Shown one piece after another: positions 13,100 to 25,897 of a stretch of 64,000 bases of DNA. Position numbers and translations under genes: made by a program. Source of the DNA: Nemertoderma westbladi (lineage: Eukaryota; Animalia; Xenacoelomorpha); contig JAUCBJ010008062.1 in NCBI GenBank assembly GCA_032718475.1, positions 1 to 64,000 on the forward strand. Reading direction: 5' to 3'. Within the stretch, counting starts at the first letter, position 1. Every line of letters starts with the position of its first letter. The notes under the pieces were generated by a model. That model had not been told where the DNA came from and did no database searches. It saw nothing but the letters and a program-made list of their open reading frames with translations.

Positions 13100-13390
13100 T
13101 TTATAATTTATTATTGGTGTTTTGGGTGAATGAGTGGTTTTATATTATTATAACTTTTGTTGGCCACAGATTTGCAAAGTCGGCAACGGCGTCCAGGTGG
13201 GATCGAACTGGTGACCTCCGGGTTTGAACCATTTCTCTAGCTGAATTGTTAGAGTGTCAGACATCCAACCCGGAGGCCACCTTTTCGATCTCACCTGGAC
13301 GCCATTGCCGACTTTGCATAGCTGTGCCCAACAAAGGTTATGTACCCAAAAACATCAATAATAAATCCTTTTAATCAGAAATTATAAAAA
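13100..13390. repeat. Palindrome of two back-to-back tRNA-like SINE heads with shared flanks
   Basis: TTGGCCACAGATTTGCAAAGTCGGCAACGGCGTCCAGGTGGGATCGAA is mirrored by TTCGATCTCACCTGGACGCCATTGCCGACTTTGCATAGCTGTGCCCAA; the outer AT-rich flanks are also inverted. Confidence 0.75.
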
Positions 13391-13929
13391 TTGTATAGTG
13401 TTTAACACATTAGCGTTGACTTGTTGCGTTGATACAACCTGTCTGTGGGCGAAAATTATAATTTATATATAATAAATAGTGTCTTCTAGTGAAACAGTTA
13501 GTGTTTCCAATCAGGATGTCCCGGGTTCGATCCCTTAAAGAAGCTGTACTGTTTTAATTAAATTTATTTATTTAAATAAATACAGCAGCCTAGCCCAACC
13601 CAGACTTTCATCCTTGACTGTTCGAGAAATGGGAACCAAACCAAGGTATCAAATAAGAACTCCGAGTGGACGGATTTACTTTGGAAGATCTCAAAAGAGT
13701 CCTCTTTACACGTTTTTACACTAGTTACTTGGTAACCCACAAAAAACAAACAAACACTTTGGGCTTCCGTCAAAGTTTACAAATATACTTGTTCTTAATG
13801 CAAATCCCATTTCATCATTGAGATCTATATCATTTATACCGGTAGAATATTATACATTTATACAATTTCATATGAAAGACAGATGAACTACAGAAGTCTG
13901 TCTATCTGTAAAATTTCTTAACTTTTTAT

Positions 13930-14076
13930 AGACTACATGTGTACCAAGTTTGGTTTAATTTCATCCAAGATTGACCGACTTATTAGCGTTCAAAGATTTC
14001 CGACAACGACGGACGGGTCCACTAATTATACCCCTACGCTAAGGCTCACCTGGACTTACGTGGCTCGCCCCACAAT
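13930..14076 (+). mobile_element. Dispersed repeat end (DINE/Helentron-like family ending AAGGCTC(G/A)CC...CGTGGCTCGCCCCACA)
   Basis: The same terminal motif occurs at 5143-5175(-), 5643-5668(+), 43711-43750(-), 49966-50037(-) and 50516-50580(+). It is preceded by GACGGACGG microsatellite as in DINE-1-type elements. Confidence 0.5.
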
Positions 14077-14682
14077 ACTTTCAAGCGACATTCTCAAGAA
14101 ATGTTACCTACCTTGAGAAGTAAAGTGGCACAAAGGACGCTATTTTCTGTTCCTCAGAATTATTAATAAATAATATACATTATACAAGCGACGTTAACGC
14201 AAGATTGTTATTCACAGTTGCTACAGCATCTGCTATAAATAGATTTTCAAGGCTATGTAAATATCTCCCATAAGCACACCTTTTAAACTATGAAGGTCAG
14301 TTTTTCTCATATGGCAACTCCTGTACCTGCTGTGCTCTTGCTGTAGAAGAGAGTCGAGATCCTTCGATGGTATGTTTACACCAGGATGTTTAGCAGGGAA
14401 TTCTATATCAGCATGTGATAATTTTGACTCACATTCACTGGAAAGAATCTTTTGTACCGGTATTTTTACTAGTTCAGGGGAAGATGTTTCCAGTTTGAGA
14501 GTTTTTTCGTAAACAGACTAAATGTATTATCGATGACAGTATACTCTATCTCGATGGAAAAATAGAATACACAGGTGACTTTGTTATACCTTGGCTCATG
14601 TGTCATATCCCATCTAAAGATGTAAAGGCGAAAAAGGGAGGTCTTTAGGGGACCGAACAAACTAAGATCTAGATATCTACAG

Positions 14683-17105
14683 GGTCAGCCATCCTATATT
14701 TGGGTCAACCCATCCTATATTTGGGTCAACCCATCCTATATTTGGGTCAACCCATCCTATATTTGGGTCGACCCATCCTATATTTGGGTCAACCCATCCT
14801 ATATTTGGGTCAACCCATCCTACATTATATTTGGGTCAACCCATCCTATATTTGGGTTAACCCATCCTATATTTGGGTTAACCCATCCTATATTTGGGTC
14901 AACCCATACTATATTTGGGTCAACCCATCCTATATTTGGGTCAACCCATCCTATATTTGGGTCAACCCATCCTATATTTGGGTCAACCCATCCTATATTT
15001 GGGTCAACCCATCCTATATTTGGGTCGACCCATCCTATATTTGGGTCAACCCATCCTATATTTGGGTCAACCCATCCTACATTATATTTGGGTCAACCCA
15101 TCCTATATTTGGGTTAACCCATCCTATATTTGGGTTAACCCATCCTATATTTGGGTCAACCCATACTATATTTGGGTCAACCCATCCTATATTTGGGTCA
15201 ACCCATCCTATATTTGGGTCAACCCATCCTATATTTGAGACAACCCATCCTATATTTGGGTTAACCCATCCTATATTTGGGTCAACCCATACTATATTTG
15301 GGTCAACCCATCCTATATTTGGGTCAACCCATCCTATATTTGGATCACCCCATCCTATATTTGGATCAACCCATCCTATATTTGGGTCAACCCATCCTAT
15401 ATTTGGATCAACCCATCCTATATTTGGATCAACCCATCCTATATTTTGGTCAACCCATCTTATATTTGGGTCAACCCAACCTATATTTTGGTCAACCCAT
15501 CTTATATTTGGGTCAACCCATCCTATATTTGGGTCAACTCATCCTATATTTGGGTCAACCCATCCTATATTTGGGTCAACCCATCCTATATTTGGGTCAA
15601 CCCATCCTATATTTGGATCACCCCATCCTATATTTGGGTAAACCCATCCTATATTTGGATCAACCCATCCTATATTTGGATCAACCCATCCTATATTTGT
15701 GTCAACCTATCCTATATTTTGGTCAACCCATCTTATATTTGGGTCAACCCAACCTATATTTTGGTCGGCCCATCTTATATTTGGGTCAACCCATCCTATA
15801 TTTGGGTCAACCCATTCTATGTTTGGGTCAACCCATCCTATATTTGGGTCAACCCATCCTATATTTGGGTCAACCCATCCTATATTTGGATCACCCCATC
15901 CTATATTTGGGTAAACCCATCCTATATTTGGATCAACCCATCCTATATTTGGATCAACCCATCCTATATTTGTGTCAACCTATCCTATATTTTGGTCAAC
16001 CCATCTTATATTTGGGTCAACCCAACCTATATTTTGGTCGGCCCATCTTATATTTGGGTCAACCCATCCTATATTTGGGTCAACCCATCCTATATTTGGG
16101 TCAACCCATCCTATATTTGGGTCAACCCATTCTATGTTTGGGTCAACCCATCCTATATTTGGGTCAACCCATCCTATATTTGGGTCAACCCATCCTATAT
16201 TTGGATCAACCCATCCTATATTTGGATCAACCCATCCTATATTTGGGTCAACCCATCCTATATTTGGGTCAACCCATCCTATATTTGGATCAACCCATCC
16301 TATATTTGGGTCAACCCATCCTATATTTGGATCAACCCATCCTATATTTGGGTCAACCCATCCTATATTTGGGTCAACCCATCCTATATTTGGGTCAACC
16401 CATCCTATATTTGGGTCAACCCATCCTATATTTGGTCAACCCATCCTATATTTGGGTCAACCCATCTTATATTTGGGTCAACCCATCCTATATTTGGATC
16501 AACCCATCCTATATTTGGGTCAACCCATCCTATATTTGGGTCAACCCATCCTATATTTGGATCAACCCATCCTATATTTGGGTCAACCCATCCTATGTTT
16601 GGGTGAACCCATCCTATATTTGGGTCAACCCATCCTATATTTGGGTCAACCCATCCTATATTTGGGTCAACCCATCCTATATTTGGGTCAACCCATACTA
16701 TATTTGGGTCAACCCATCCTATATTTGGGTCAACCCATCCTATATTTGGGTCAACCCATCCTATATTTGGGTCAACCCATCCTATATTTGGGTCAACTCA
16801 TCCTATATTTGGATCAACCCATCCTATATTTGGGTCAACCCATCCTATGTTTGGGTGAACCCATCCTATATTTGGGTCAACCCATCCTATATTTGGATCA
16901 ACCCATCCTATATTTGGGTCAACCCATCCTATATTTGGGTCAACCCATCCTATATTTGGGTCAACCCATCCTATATTTGGGTCAACCCATCCTATATTTG
17001 GGTCAACCCATCCTATATTTGGGTCAACCCATCCTATATTTGGGTCAACCCATCCTATATTTGGGTCAACCCATCCTATATTTGGGTCAACCCATCCTAT
17101 ATTTG
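14683..17105 (+). repeat. 21-bp tandem array TATATTTGGGTCAACCCATCC (~115 copies) with higher-order duplications
   Basis: Directly visible; palindromic core TGGGT-CA-ACCCA. Variant blocks repeat (TACAT insertion at ~14821 and ~15078; block 15613-15885 repeated from 15886). Confidence 0.97.
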
Positions 17106-17260
17106 CCTATGTTTTCTTGTGAGGTAGAACCGATCTTTGGCATACCATCGCCGAATTCAAAGACATACGGATAATGTTGACTGTTATGGCAACAGCTACA
17201 CCAGTAATGAAAAAATGTGGAACCCGACCACTACTGGTATGGCAGACGGGGAAGTGTTGT

Positions 17261-17690
17261 CGGCTCGGCTCGGCTCGGCTCGGCTCGGCTCGGCTCGGCT
17301 CGGCTCGGCTCGGCTCGGCTCGGCTCGGCTCGGCTCGGCTCGGCTCGGCTCGGCTCGGCTCGGCTCGGCTCGGCTCGGCTCGGCTCGGCTCGGCTCGGCT
17401 CGGCTCGGCTCGGCTCGGCTCGGCTCGGCTCGGCTCGGCTCGGCTCGGCTCGGCTCGGCTCGGCTCGGCTCGGCTCGGCTCGGCTCGGCTCGGCTCGGCT
17501 CGGCTCGGCTCGGCTCGGCTCGGCTCGGCTCGGCTCGGCTCGGCTCGGCTCGGCTCGGCTCGGCTCGGCTCGGCTCGGCTCGGCTCGGCTCGGCTCGGCT
17601 CGGCTCGGCTCGGCTCGGCTCGGCTCGGCTCGGCTCGGCTCGGCTCGGCTCGGCTCGGCTCGGCTCGGCTCGGCTCGGCTCGGCTCGGCT
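17261..17690 (+). repeat. (CGGCT)n microsatellite, 86 perfect copies
   Basis: 430 bp of uninterrupted pentamer, followed by CGGAT x2. Confidence 0.98.
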
Positions 17691-18230
17691 CGGATCGGAT
17701 CGGCCGTCATCCCATTATTCATCAATAATACCACATTATACACGACCATTAATCTCAATTTTCCTTTTGAATATCACAGTCATGCATGACTTTCCTTTCC
17801 GGAAACAATTCATTGAGCCGGCGCCATGTACAACGTATTAAATAAATCCGAGGTCAGCCTTCACAAATATCAAATCATATTTTAAGTTATAAATCTTACT
17901 GCAAAAGGGAAGCTGTATTAATACAATAGCCGCTGACATAATGGGAGCGTGGCAATTTTCCCTGATTCCCTATATGATTTTATTAGATTTATTAAGTTGA
18001 GGCGAAGAGACTGTCACGGGTGGCAGTGATGGATGCAATGCAATTTGCTGCCTTCTCTTCGCCTCTAATTGACTGACAAATCAATTGTTGGAGGAACTGT
18101 CAGTTCAATTGATTTTTGAACGAACTAATAAAGAAACTGAAGGTTTGATGCTGCTGCAATAAATAGTTTATGCTCAAGGACTAAAGTATGCTCGAAAAAA
18201 TAGTTTATTCGCATCAACCATGCCATTGAA

Positions 18231-18250
18231 CTCGCGATGCGCATGCGCGG
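18231..18250. promoter_or_regulatory. NRF1-type palindrome TGCGCATGCGC plus TCGCGA, candidate promoter of the RGS gene
   Basis: Matches the known GCGCATGCGC motif, lies in otherwise AT-rich DNA, and is ~90 bp upstream of a candidate first coding exon. Confidence 0.4.
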
Positions 18251-18338
18251 TCTAATTGTCATCTGATGATTTTCGTATAATTATAGCCATTATCGATTCT
18301 TATCTCCAGACTTGGTCCCAACAACCATTCCTTTTCTA

Positions 18339-18380
18339 ATGCCGCATTTCAACGTGGGACTGAGTGATACTATTATAATG
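18339..18380 (+). CDS. Candidate first coding exon of the RGS gene (MPHFNVGLSDTIIM)
   Basis: ATG...ATG|GTATGT donor, phase 0, compatible with the exon at 20073; no homology support. Confidence 0.3.
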
Positions 18381-20072
18381 GTATGTTAATTGTAACTGTT
18401 AGGGGTAGGCCTACATGTGCTGTACACATGGCTTACATGAACTTTTATAAAATATATTTAATAAAATTAAACAAGCATTTATTTTCGCGCATAAATTTAT
18501 CGCTTCATTCATAATAGCGCACCGGGCAGGTTGTCTCCCACATATAACTTTACCGTATTATTGTTGATCAAGAATTAGATTGATCTGTATAATACAGTGA
18601 AAGAAGGTGATATTTCGCCAACTAGATTTCTTTCTCAAATTGATCTAACATTCATCCTAAAGTTGGATACTTTAAATGTTCAGTAGTAATTGCACAATCA
18701 GCTCATAAATTCTGAATTAAAGGTTGCTCATAATGTTGATCATAAAATCTTGCAACAGTAGGCCTTAGGACAGAAGTTCAACTGGGACATGGCTATGATT
18801 CCTCATTTTGTAATCTTTTTGCAACAGGATAAAGCCAAATCCCTTTTGCCGTTTCTAAATTGGAATAAGAATTGATATTTCCCTTATTTGTATTTATGTA
18901 TATAGTCATTTTGTCTCGATTGTATACTAACTAAGGGATTTAATTTAATTGCCTCAGTTTCAAGCCCCAGATTAATTAAGTCTATTTAAACATCATCAAT
19001 ATCATTTTAAATTTGCCGCGCTTTTTCCTAACTTTTTGATCTATTAACCATATAGCAATGTGACAGTGTTTCTTATGCTGAATTATGCGAATGGAAGAAA
19101 GAAATAAAACTTTGTTCTTTAAAAAAGTGAGTATAACCATTAATTTTGTATAGTTAATTAATTTTGACGGGGAAACACACATTTAATTACACTTACTGTA
19201 TATTCGGATTTGGAAATTCTTGTAACATTCTTAATTTTATATGTATGCCTACAGTTGTTATACTTGTAAGTAATTTTATATGGGACTGACTGTGGCCTAC
19301 TGTTGTAATTGTTGTACTGTATAGCGCTGGTTCAGCCCGCAGTTACGTCCTTTCTTATTCTTACTTTCGAGCAAAATGCTATTAAAGGAATACTTATTAA
19401 AGTTTATAAGTTATAATTATGGTTCTTGGATATCAAGACAATAGGAAACACAAGCACTTGCATTTTATGAGAAGCCGAAATAGAAAGAATATTATTTCAC
19501 ATAATTATAAACCATAACACTATACATTACAATCATACAATAATTAATTGGTTTCGACTGTAGTGACAGGTGTTTCCCATTCCATCACTAATTGGATTCT
19601 TTCGCGTTTTTAAATTAATAAAGTTATCTCTTCACCCCCTTCAGCGCGGCCTGTCCACCCATCCATCTATCTATCTATAAGCGATCAATATTATTGCGTT
19701 GCCCTACAAACTGTCGTGCTAAAGAGTAACCAAATTGATGCATCTATACATGGAAACACGTCCAATCATTAACAGAACTATCCACTCATTTAAATACACT
19801 ATTAATCAATTCTCTCACAGACAGTGCTAGCTTCAACACTCCCTGTAGTTCCCAGAAACTGGACCTTTATTTGCATTAGCAACATTGATTTTGAGGATCC
19901 CAGTTGGGTTATAAATTACGAATCAGCAGGGATTCCAAAACCTACACTAACATTGATTGAAGGACTACTGGCTGTGGTACAGCCTACATTAATTACACTG
20001 TAATTTAACCACGGCATCCCATTCCAAGTCCATGTTCACTGTTCACGCTTGTCTTCACTTTGTCTCCCGCAG

Positions 20073-20172
20073 ATTGAGGACATTGTCTTGGCGATGCAAG
20101 ATGAGCGAACCGGTGTCCCTATTAAAACGCAGCGGGCGTTCCTAGGAGCCACTATACCCAGCATATTTACAG
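20073..20172 (+). CDS. Internal exon of an R7-family regulator of G-protein signalling (RGS6/7/9/11, EGL-10/EAT-16), start of DEP domain
   Basis: Polypyrimidine CCCGCAG| IEDIVLAMQDERTGVPIKTQRAFLGATIPSIFTG |GTAAGA. Aligns with RGS7 [33 protein letters not shown], with the same phase 0/phase 1 exon boundaries as I recall them. Confidence 0.85.
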
Positions 20173-21049
20173 GTAAGAGCATCACTTACTGTGTGTTATT
20201 GCCGGTGCTGCTGACACAAATTGATATATAGCTTGAAAATTATTCATTGGTGAAAGTTGTATTGCTTGTACAAGGGAATGTAGTAGTAATAGATGTGAAG
20301 ATGATATCTCTTGTTAATGTGTACTTTGCACCAATGATGTCCTGTCGTAGTTTTGGCAGTTTTTTCATTCAGTTTTTTTTCATTTATATAGAGTATTTCA
20401 GCAATGTTTGAAGAGGAATAACAATCACCAGTATCAATGTTAATATCTGTATTTTTGAATCGCCCCTGTCGGGTTGTGAATTCTCAAGGGGTTAAGGTGT
20501 CCTGACTTGACTGAAAGTAAGTGTGCGGTTGAAGAACTGGCAATTAGGATAGAGTGGCTGGCACTCACAAAATCAATGAATTAGATTGAAATCGTGAAAA
20601 TTGCCTCTTATCTAGCAAAATCAACCTTGAAATACTAATTAAGACGAGATAGGAGAGACCATATCGCAAGAAGCCCCCCATGGTACCACTGCTAACTATC
20701 GAAATTTGTGAGCGTGATACGAGGTGAAAAGCCAAGAGTGAGAGGCCTCAGGGTCGCTTCAGCCTCGGGTTTAATATGCACTCAGTTGACGCAGAGGTGG
20801 GGTGGGTATTCCTAGTATTTCTGCAACACCACAAGAACTGGTACAGAGCTCATGTTTCACTCATGAATGGAAAAGTCCAAGAAGGTACACAACTGGTCTG
20901 GTTTACAGATCATGACAGCTGATTGATGACAGATCATGCTTTCCCCTTTGTGGATGAAGAGATCTTTTACTAAACTAATTATATCCATGACTCCACATAT
21001 CTGAAATGTTCTAATGATCTATACATCCATACAAAGAAATAATGTTATT

Positions 21050-21880
21050 TTTTAAGCAGCTTATTATAAGTTGTATAACTGCTTTTAAACTCCCTATAAT
21101 ATCTCCGATATATGTCATCACCATATCAGCATCAAATCTGTTACTTATTATTCTTCCTGTGATTATCTGCGATATTGAGGATATATTTTCACCATCTCCG
21201 AATTGTGGATGCTGATGATGTTGGAAGAATATTGTCCACAACGATATTGAAGATAGAATGATTGGGCTAGTAACGTCACCCTCTGACGGACAAAATAATA
21301 TTTCAAATGAGTATATAATTGTAAACCAGTCAGGAGTATCACAATATGCCCTAAAACAGAATAAGTTAACCTTCACTGGGACTGGAACCAGGAGCTTTGT
21401 CTTCAATAATCATGGAGCGACTTTCTCCAGATGCATTTACACGAGAATGGAGTGTATACTACTACTACTAGGATCGGCATGCTGCATTGCTGCTGCATTT
21501 TTAAGAATGCTGTGCCGGCTTGTCGACAAAATTGCGCCGCCACAACTCCCTATCACCCATGACATTTGCTAGATCATCCGCATCTTCAAGGCTAGTGTCC
21601 TTTAAGATGCGTCTCAAGAACGTCATGGGCTGTCCACCATGCTTATTCACTCCATGAGGCTGCCAAAGTACAAGATTATGCACTGGCTGGTCCTCACGGC
21701 GAAAGCAATGTCCTGCAAAGCGGAGTGTATGGAGTGTATAACTGAGGTTGGAATCCATATTGAACACCTTAGACGGAACCATTCCATGTTGCATGATCTA
21801 TCCGGTTCATTATCATACAGTAGCCTTGAACATATGGCATATGGGGTGTCATAGAGTGCGTGCCCGGTGAGCAATATGAG
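21050..21880 (-). mobile_element. Degenerate RTE-like LINE fragments (C-terminal part with (TAG)n tail at ~21455-21880; RT-core remnant at ~21050-21400)
   Basis: LRFAGHCFRREDQPVHNLVLWQPHG...MGDRELWRRNFV; frameshifted EGDVTSP / FNIVVDNIL / GDDI motifs. Confidence 0.7.
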
Positions 21881-22330
21881 TCAGGCGGCGGTGACTCAGC
21901 CAGGATCTTACAGTTGGTTATTATCTTACACTTACACATAATATACACTAACAAAAATGTTGATAAACATACTACTGTATAATGTTCCGAAAATAAGCTT
22001 TCAATGTGGGCCCAATTGCACATCTTTCGTGAACATTTAATTGCTAGAAATGATGTTTAAAAATTATACATAATTTAAACTAAGAAAAAAATGGCCTTCG
22101 GGTATCTGAAAGCCTATCTCTATCACAAAGCTTATAATGAATGGATAAATGGATTTGAATAAAATGAATGAGATTAAGTTACTCGAGATCATTGCATTTC
22201 CAACATTGCGTTTGCATTAATGATATATCGAATTAGCTAAACAGTGATACTATTAATAGCTCACGGATACTCTTTGTGCTTATCCTTTATCAAAAAATTT
22301 GATGAATCAAGTAAAATAAGAATCAGATAA

Positions 22331-22891
22331 CCTAAGTCAAAGCTTTATAATGACGTACCCTGTCTGATCGGCGACCCACTGACCAACCCCGGTCTTGACG
22401 ATCTGGAGAATCGGAAACAACAGGGGCGCGAGTTCCTGACTTGCCGACGAGTTTATTCGGAGTTGGAAAGGGAATCGGTGCGGGAAACTAAACGGAGGGG
22501 GGAGCGGGAGAAACGGGTGGCTGAGATCAAGTTGGAGAAGGAAAGGGAACGCATGGAGGTGGAGAAGAGCATGTGGAATGGGAGTAGAGAGGGGAGGGTT
22601 GGGAGTAGAGAGGGGAGGGTTGGGAGACGGGAGGATAACGCTGCTGATACAGCCGAGATGGAGGCTGAAAGGAAACGTCGGGAGATGCGACGATATCTCA
22701 CGGCTCTACAACATCTACTGAAGGAGCGACTGTTCTATAGGTACCCAGGGCTACCGTCGCTATGCAACTGTTCTAGAACGATGTGGGAAGCCAATCCGGA
22801 TAGGTGCGCCAATAACTGTGTCTTTTACAAGAATCACAAAGGCTTCGCTAGAGCCCTGGAGAGTCTTATACATTCTTATGGGAAGTCGTAG
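22331..22891 (+). CDS. CCDC15: CCDC15-like coiled-coil protein, C-terminal exon (5' boundary uncertain)
   Basis: The frame is open from 22331: RKQQGREFLTCRRVYSELERESVRE... and RYLTALQ...LPSLCNCSRTMWEANPDRCANNCVFYKNHKGFARAL, matching the conserved CCDC15 C-terminal C-x-C...CANNC-x-FYKN motif. There is no ATG upstream of the conserved part, so it needs an upstream exon. Confidence 0.8.
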   Translation, partial: PKSKLYNDVPCLIGDPLTNPGLDDLENRKQQGREFLTCRRVYSELERESVRETKRRGEREKRVAEIKLEKERERMEVEKSMWNGSREGRVGSREGRVGRREDNAADTAEMEAERKRREMRRYLTALQHLLKERLFYRYPGLPSLCNCSRTMWEANPDRCANNCVFYKNHKGFARALESLIHSYGKS

Positions 22892-23395
22892 CCCTTGCTA
22901 TTATAACTGTCTTCTAGATTTGTTGGTATTTATGTTATTATATTAACTATAATTATTTGTAATACTTAATTTCATCTGTATGTCTTATATTTTATTTTTC
23001 TTAGTTATTTCGTAATCTTCTTACTTTATTGTGTTGTATGTATTATTCATAAAATGTTTATATTTTCTGTCTTTTATTTTTTGATAATAATAATAATATT
23101 TATTTTTGGTTGAGTTTATACTTTATACTAAGTAGATTAATATAGTAAATGACTTTTATAAAATATATCCTAAACTGATTTAGTTGAATGTTGTAAAGTT
23201 GAGTTTCAGCCGAGAGTTAATGTAATTTTTTGTATATTTATATTGAATGAAATTGATATGGAGGTAAAGCTGATGATGGTGTGAATTTGTCCTAATTTAG
23301 GATTCAACTCAAGTGAGTGGCCTATTTTATCAACAATATTTTTAGTTTAAAAAATGTTTTTTATCACTCTATATGTGTACCGCTCGTAAAAGACA

Positions 23396-24046
23396 ATGAG
23401 TAATTGCTTTTACCATCTGTTTGAACCCAGTACCATTATCATCAACCTTGGTCTCATAGCCGTTTGCCAAATACTGGAGAAGATTGTTCGGATTCCATTT
23501 CTTTACACAAAACCGTGGTGCTTCGCTCTGTTAGATAATATTAACCACCAAATAGTTGCGGCGACCACCTGGACTGCCGTTCAGTCGCTGCTGAGCAAAG
23601 GCGTTATCATAAACTGTTGGATATCGGCTATTATTGCTGGAGTTATTGATGTAGATCACTTCCTATTGGCTAAATCCTTGAACCTGTACGACGCGGTTCA
23701 CCTGGAAACAAGACCACCGTTCCACATCACCACGTTCCTACCATTAGTGGTGTGTTTCCTATGGTTACTAATACGATGGTTACAACTAAACAGAAGGTTA
23801 CACATAATGTATTTGCCCTATATTATACTAACCAGCACCCTAACTCACCATCTAACTGACAGCACTCGTCGCGGGTTGTACTTTTGGCCCTTTGGTAGCT
23901 CTAAACCCCTGCCTTATAACTTATATATCGCTTTGGTTGCTTTAACTCCCTTTTGTATGAGAACTATAATATATTTTATCGAGGACCCCGTTGTTAGTGA
24001 CAAGGACAACCCAGATGCGGATGAAGGAATTTCACTCGAAGTTTAA
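23396..24046 (+). CDS. TMEM267: Transmembrane protein 267 (intronless)
   Basis: 216 aa; ALLDNINH, AGVIDVDHF, RPPFH, THHLTDSTRRGLYFWPFG and PLPY motifs match TMEM267. Confidence 0.92.
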   Translation: MSNCFYHLFEPSTIIINLGLIAVCQILEKIVRIPFLYTKPWCFALLDNINHQIVAATTWTAVQSLLSKGVIINCWISAIIAGVIDVDHFLLAKSLNLYDAVHLETRPPFHITTFLPLVVCFLWLLIRWLQLNRRLHIMYLPYIILTSTLTHHLTDSTRRGLYFWPFGSSKPLPYNLYIALVALTPFCMRTIIYFIEDPVVSDKDNPDADEGISLEV

Positions 24047-24402
24047 ATGTTATTTGGTAACAACAACCAATAAATCGAACTAATTAACTTATTAATTAAC
24101 TAATTTTATTGTTTATAATTATTTCTTATACTTACTCGTTACTATTTTATGGTTTTCTTTGCCGAAGTACCATTGCAGACACAGCATTGATGTAATTTGT
24201 TGTTATTCTAAGTTCGTAGCTAGCTGGGTTTATACTGTATGGAGTGGCATTTATCCATAAAAGGAAAAGGTTAATTAAACAATTAAAGGAAACATCTTGT
24301 ATTAACGACTGTAAATAATATTTTTTTACCATTATTGCTATTATTTGCCACTTGGTTAGCACCTTTGTTCACCCTGTCACTTCTATCTGCAACACAAACA
24401 CC

Positions 24403-25218
24403 ATGGTCAGCACCTCAATTTCTCTATTCCCAAAGATACTGCACCAAATACCAAAGCCGTTGATTGGTTCACCATCGCGTTGCTATGCGACTCAACGTAA
24501 ACGCTTTTACAAAACCGTCGATATTCTAAACGAGAATAACGAATTCAAGGTAACCCTTGACAACCGGCGATTAAAGACTCCACTGGGTCATGTGTTTGCG
24601 GTGCCTTCTGACGCACTTGCCTTAGCTGTTGCTAAGGAATGGTCTGACCAGACAGACACCATCCAGCCGTCTTGGATGCACCTAACAGCGTTATGCAACT
24701 CGGCTATAGACAACCCCTACCACAAAACAAAAGACGGCGTTGTTAACCATCTATTACAATTTATCCAATCAGATACGTTGTTATGTCGGCATAGTAACCC
24801 GCCCGAGTTGGTCGCCTTGGAGACGGAGAAATGGGACCCCGTCATCCAATGGGCTACTGAGTTTTATGGAGTTGATTTGGAACCAAGCTGCAGTATAACC
24901 GGACCGGATATATCAACTAAGACTTTGTCAGTAATAAGACAATCTCTTCTAACCAAATCGCTCGCCGTTCTAATCGGAATTGAATTCGGAGTTGAAACAC
25001 TAAAGTCGCTGCTCCTTTATATGGCGTGCGCCTCTCGGCGGCTGGATGTGGAATCAGCGGTGTCTCTATCTCGCCTCGAGTCGGCGTATCAGGAAGTTCG
25101 CTGGGGGACCCTGGATGACGCCCACGGGGCCGATGTTGCTGATACTCGCACCCGATTGGCTGCCTCGTTAATATATGTTACGTACATGTCGGAAGTGACG
25201 TCAGAAGAGCGTTGTTAG
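24403..25218 (+). CDS. ATPAF2: ATP synthase mitochondrial F1 assembly factor 2 (ATP12), intronless
   Basis: First ATG at 24403; transit-like N-terminus, then RKRFYKTV, VTLDNRRLKTP, ALALAVAKEW, MHLTALCNSAID and SRLESAYQEVRWG. Confidence 0.95.
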   Translation: MVSTSISLFPKILHQIPKPLIGSPSRCYATQRKRFYKTVDILNENNEFKVTLDNRRLKTPLGHVFAVPSDALALAVAKEWSDQTDTIQPSWMHLTALCNSAIDNPYHKTKDGVVNHLLQFIQSDTLLCRHSNPPELVALETEKWDPVIQWATEFYGVDLEPSCSITGPDISTKTLSVIRQSLLTKSLAVLIGIEFGVETLKSLLLYMACASRRLDVESAVSLSRLESAYQEVRWGTLDDAHGADVADTRTRLAASLIYVTYMSEVTSEERC

Positions 25219-25897
25219 GGCTAAACGTTGAAACTATATATATATAGTATCCAGTTGAATATAGTTATTACTGATGTAGCTATAATAACTATATTGTTAC
25301 CGAATGTTATTGTATTAAACCTGAGTTCAAACTTTCGATTCTATAAAAAATTATGATGTTTTATTTAATATAGTCACAACATTTGTATTTAATGCATGAC
25401 GTGGGGGTGTGGGGGGGGGGCTATTTCTCAATGACCTTTTTTAGAATTAGAATAAGCTTAAATACAATATTATATTATTATTATATTAATAATAAATAGG
25501 AATAATAATATTTAACTAAATAATTTGTATACTTCCCCATGATATTTATTATATTGTATAATATCCCATTCCCATGCATAGACAAATACCATATCGCACT
25601 AAATAATATACAAAAGGCAATAAGAAAAACCTACAAGATAAATTCCAATATCTTCACTTAACATTACAAATTCCATGAAATTCCCATATCTTATTATTAA
25701 ATACACACACTCTTGTGTTCCTGAGACTGTATTCGCATGTGAGGGGCGGGAGCTTCAAATCACAATTATTGCTACGGGCGATAAAACTAACTGCACCAGT
25801 AAAAGTTGAGTCCAAGTGAGTCAATTTAGTGACCCCAGGCCGAATAAAACTGAGGATATACCTTTATTTACGCTTAACTTGAAATCATAAGCAACAT

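Noticed and set aside
14700-17841. ORFs (LGQPILY)n, (WVNPSYI)n, (GSTHPIF)n and (RLGSA)n
   Set aside because: Artefacts of the 21-bp array and (CGGCT)n.
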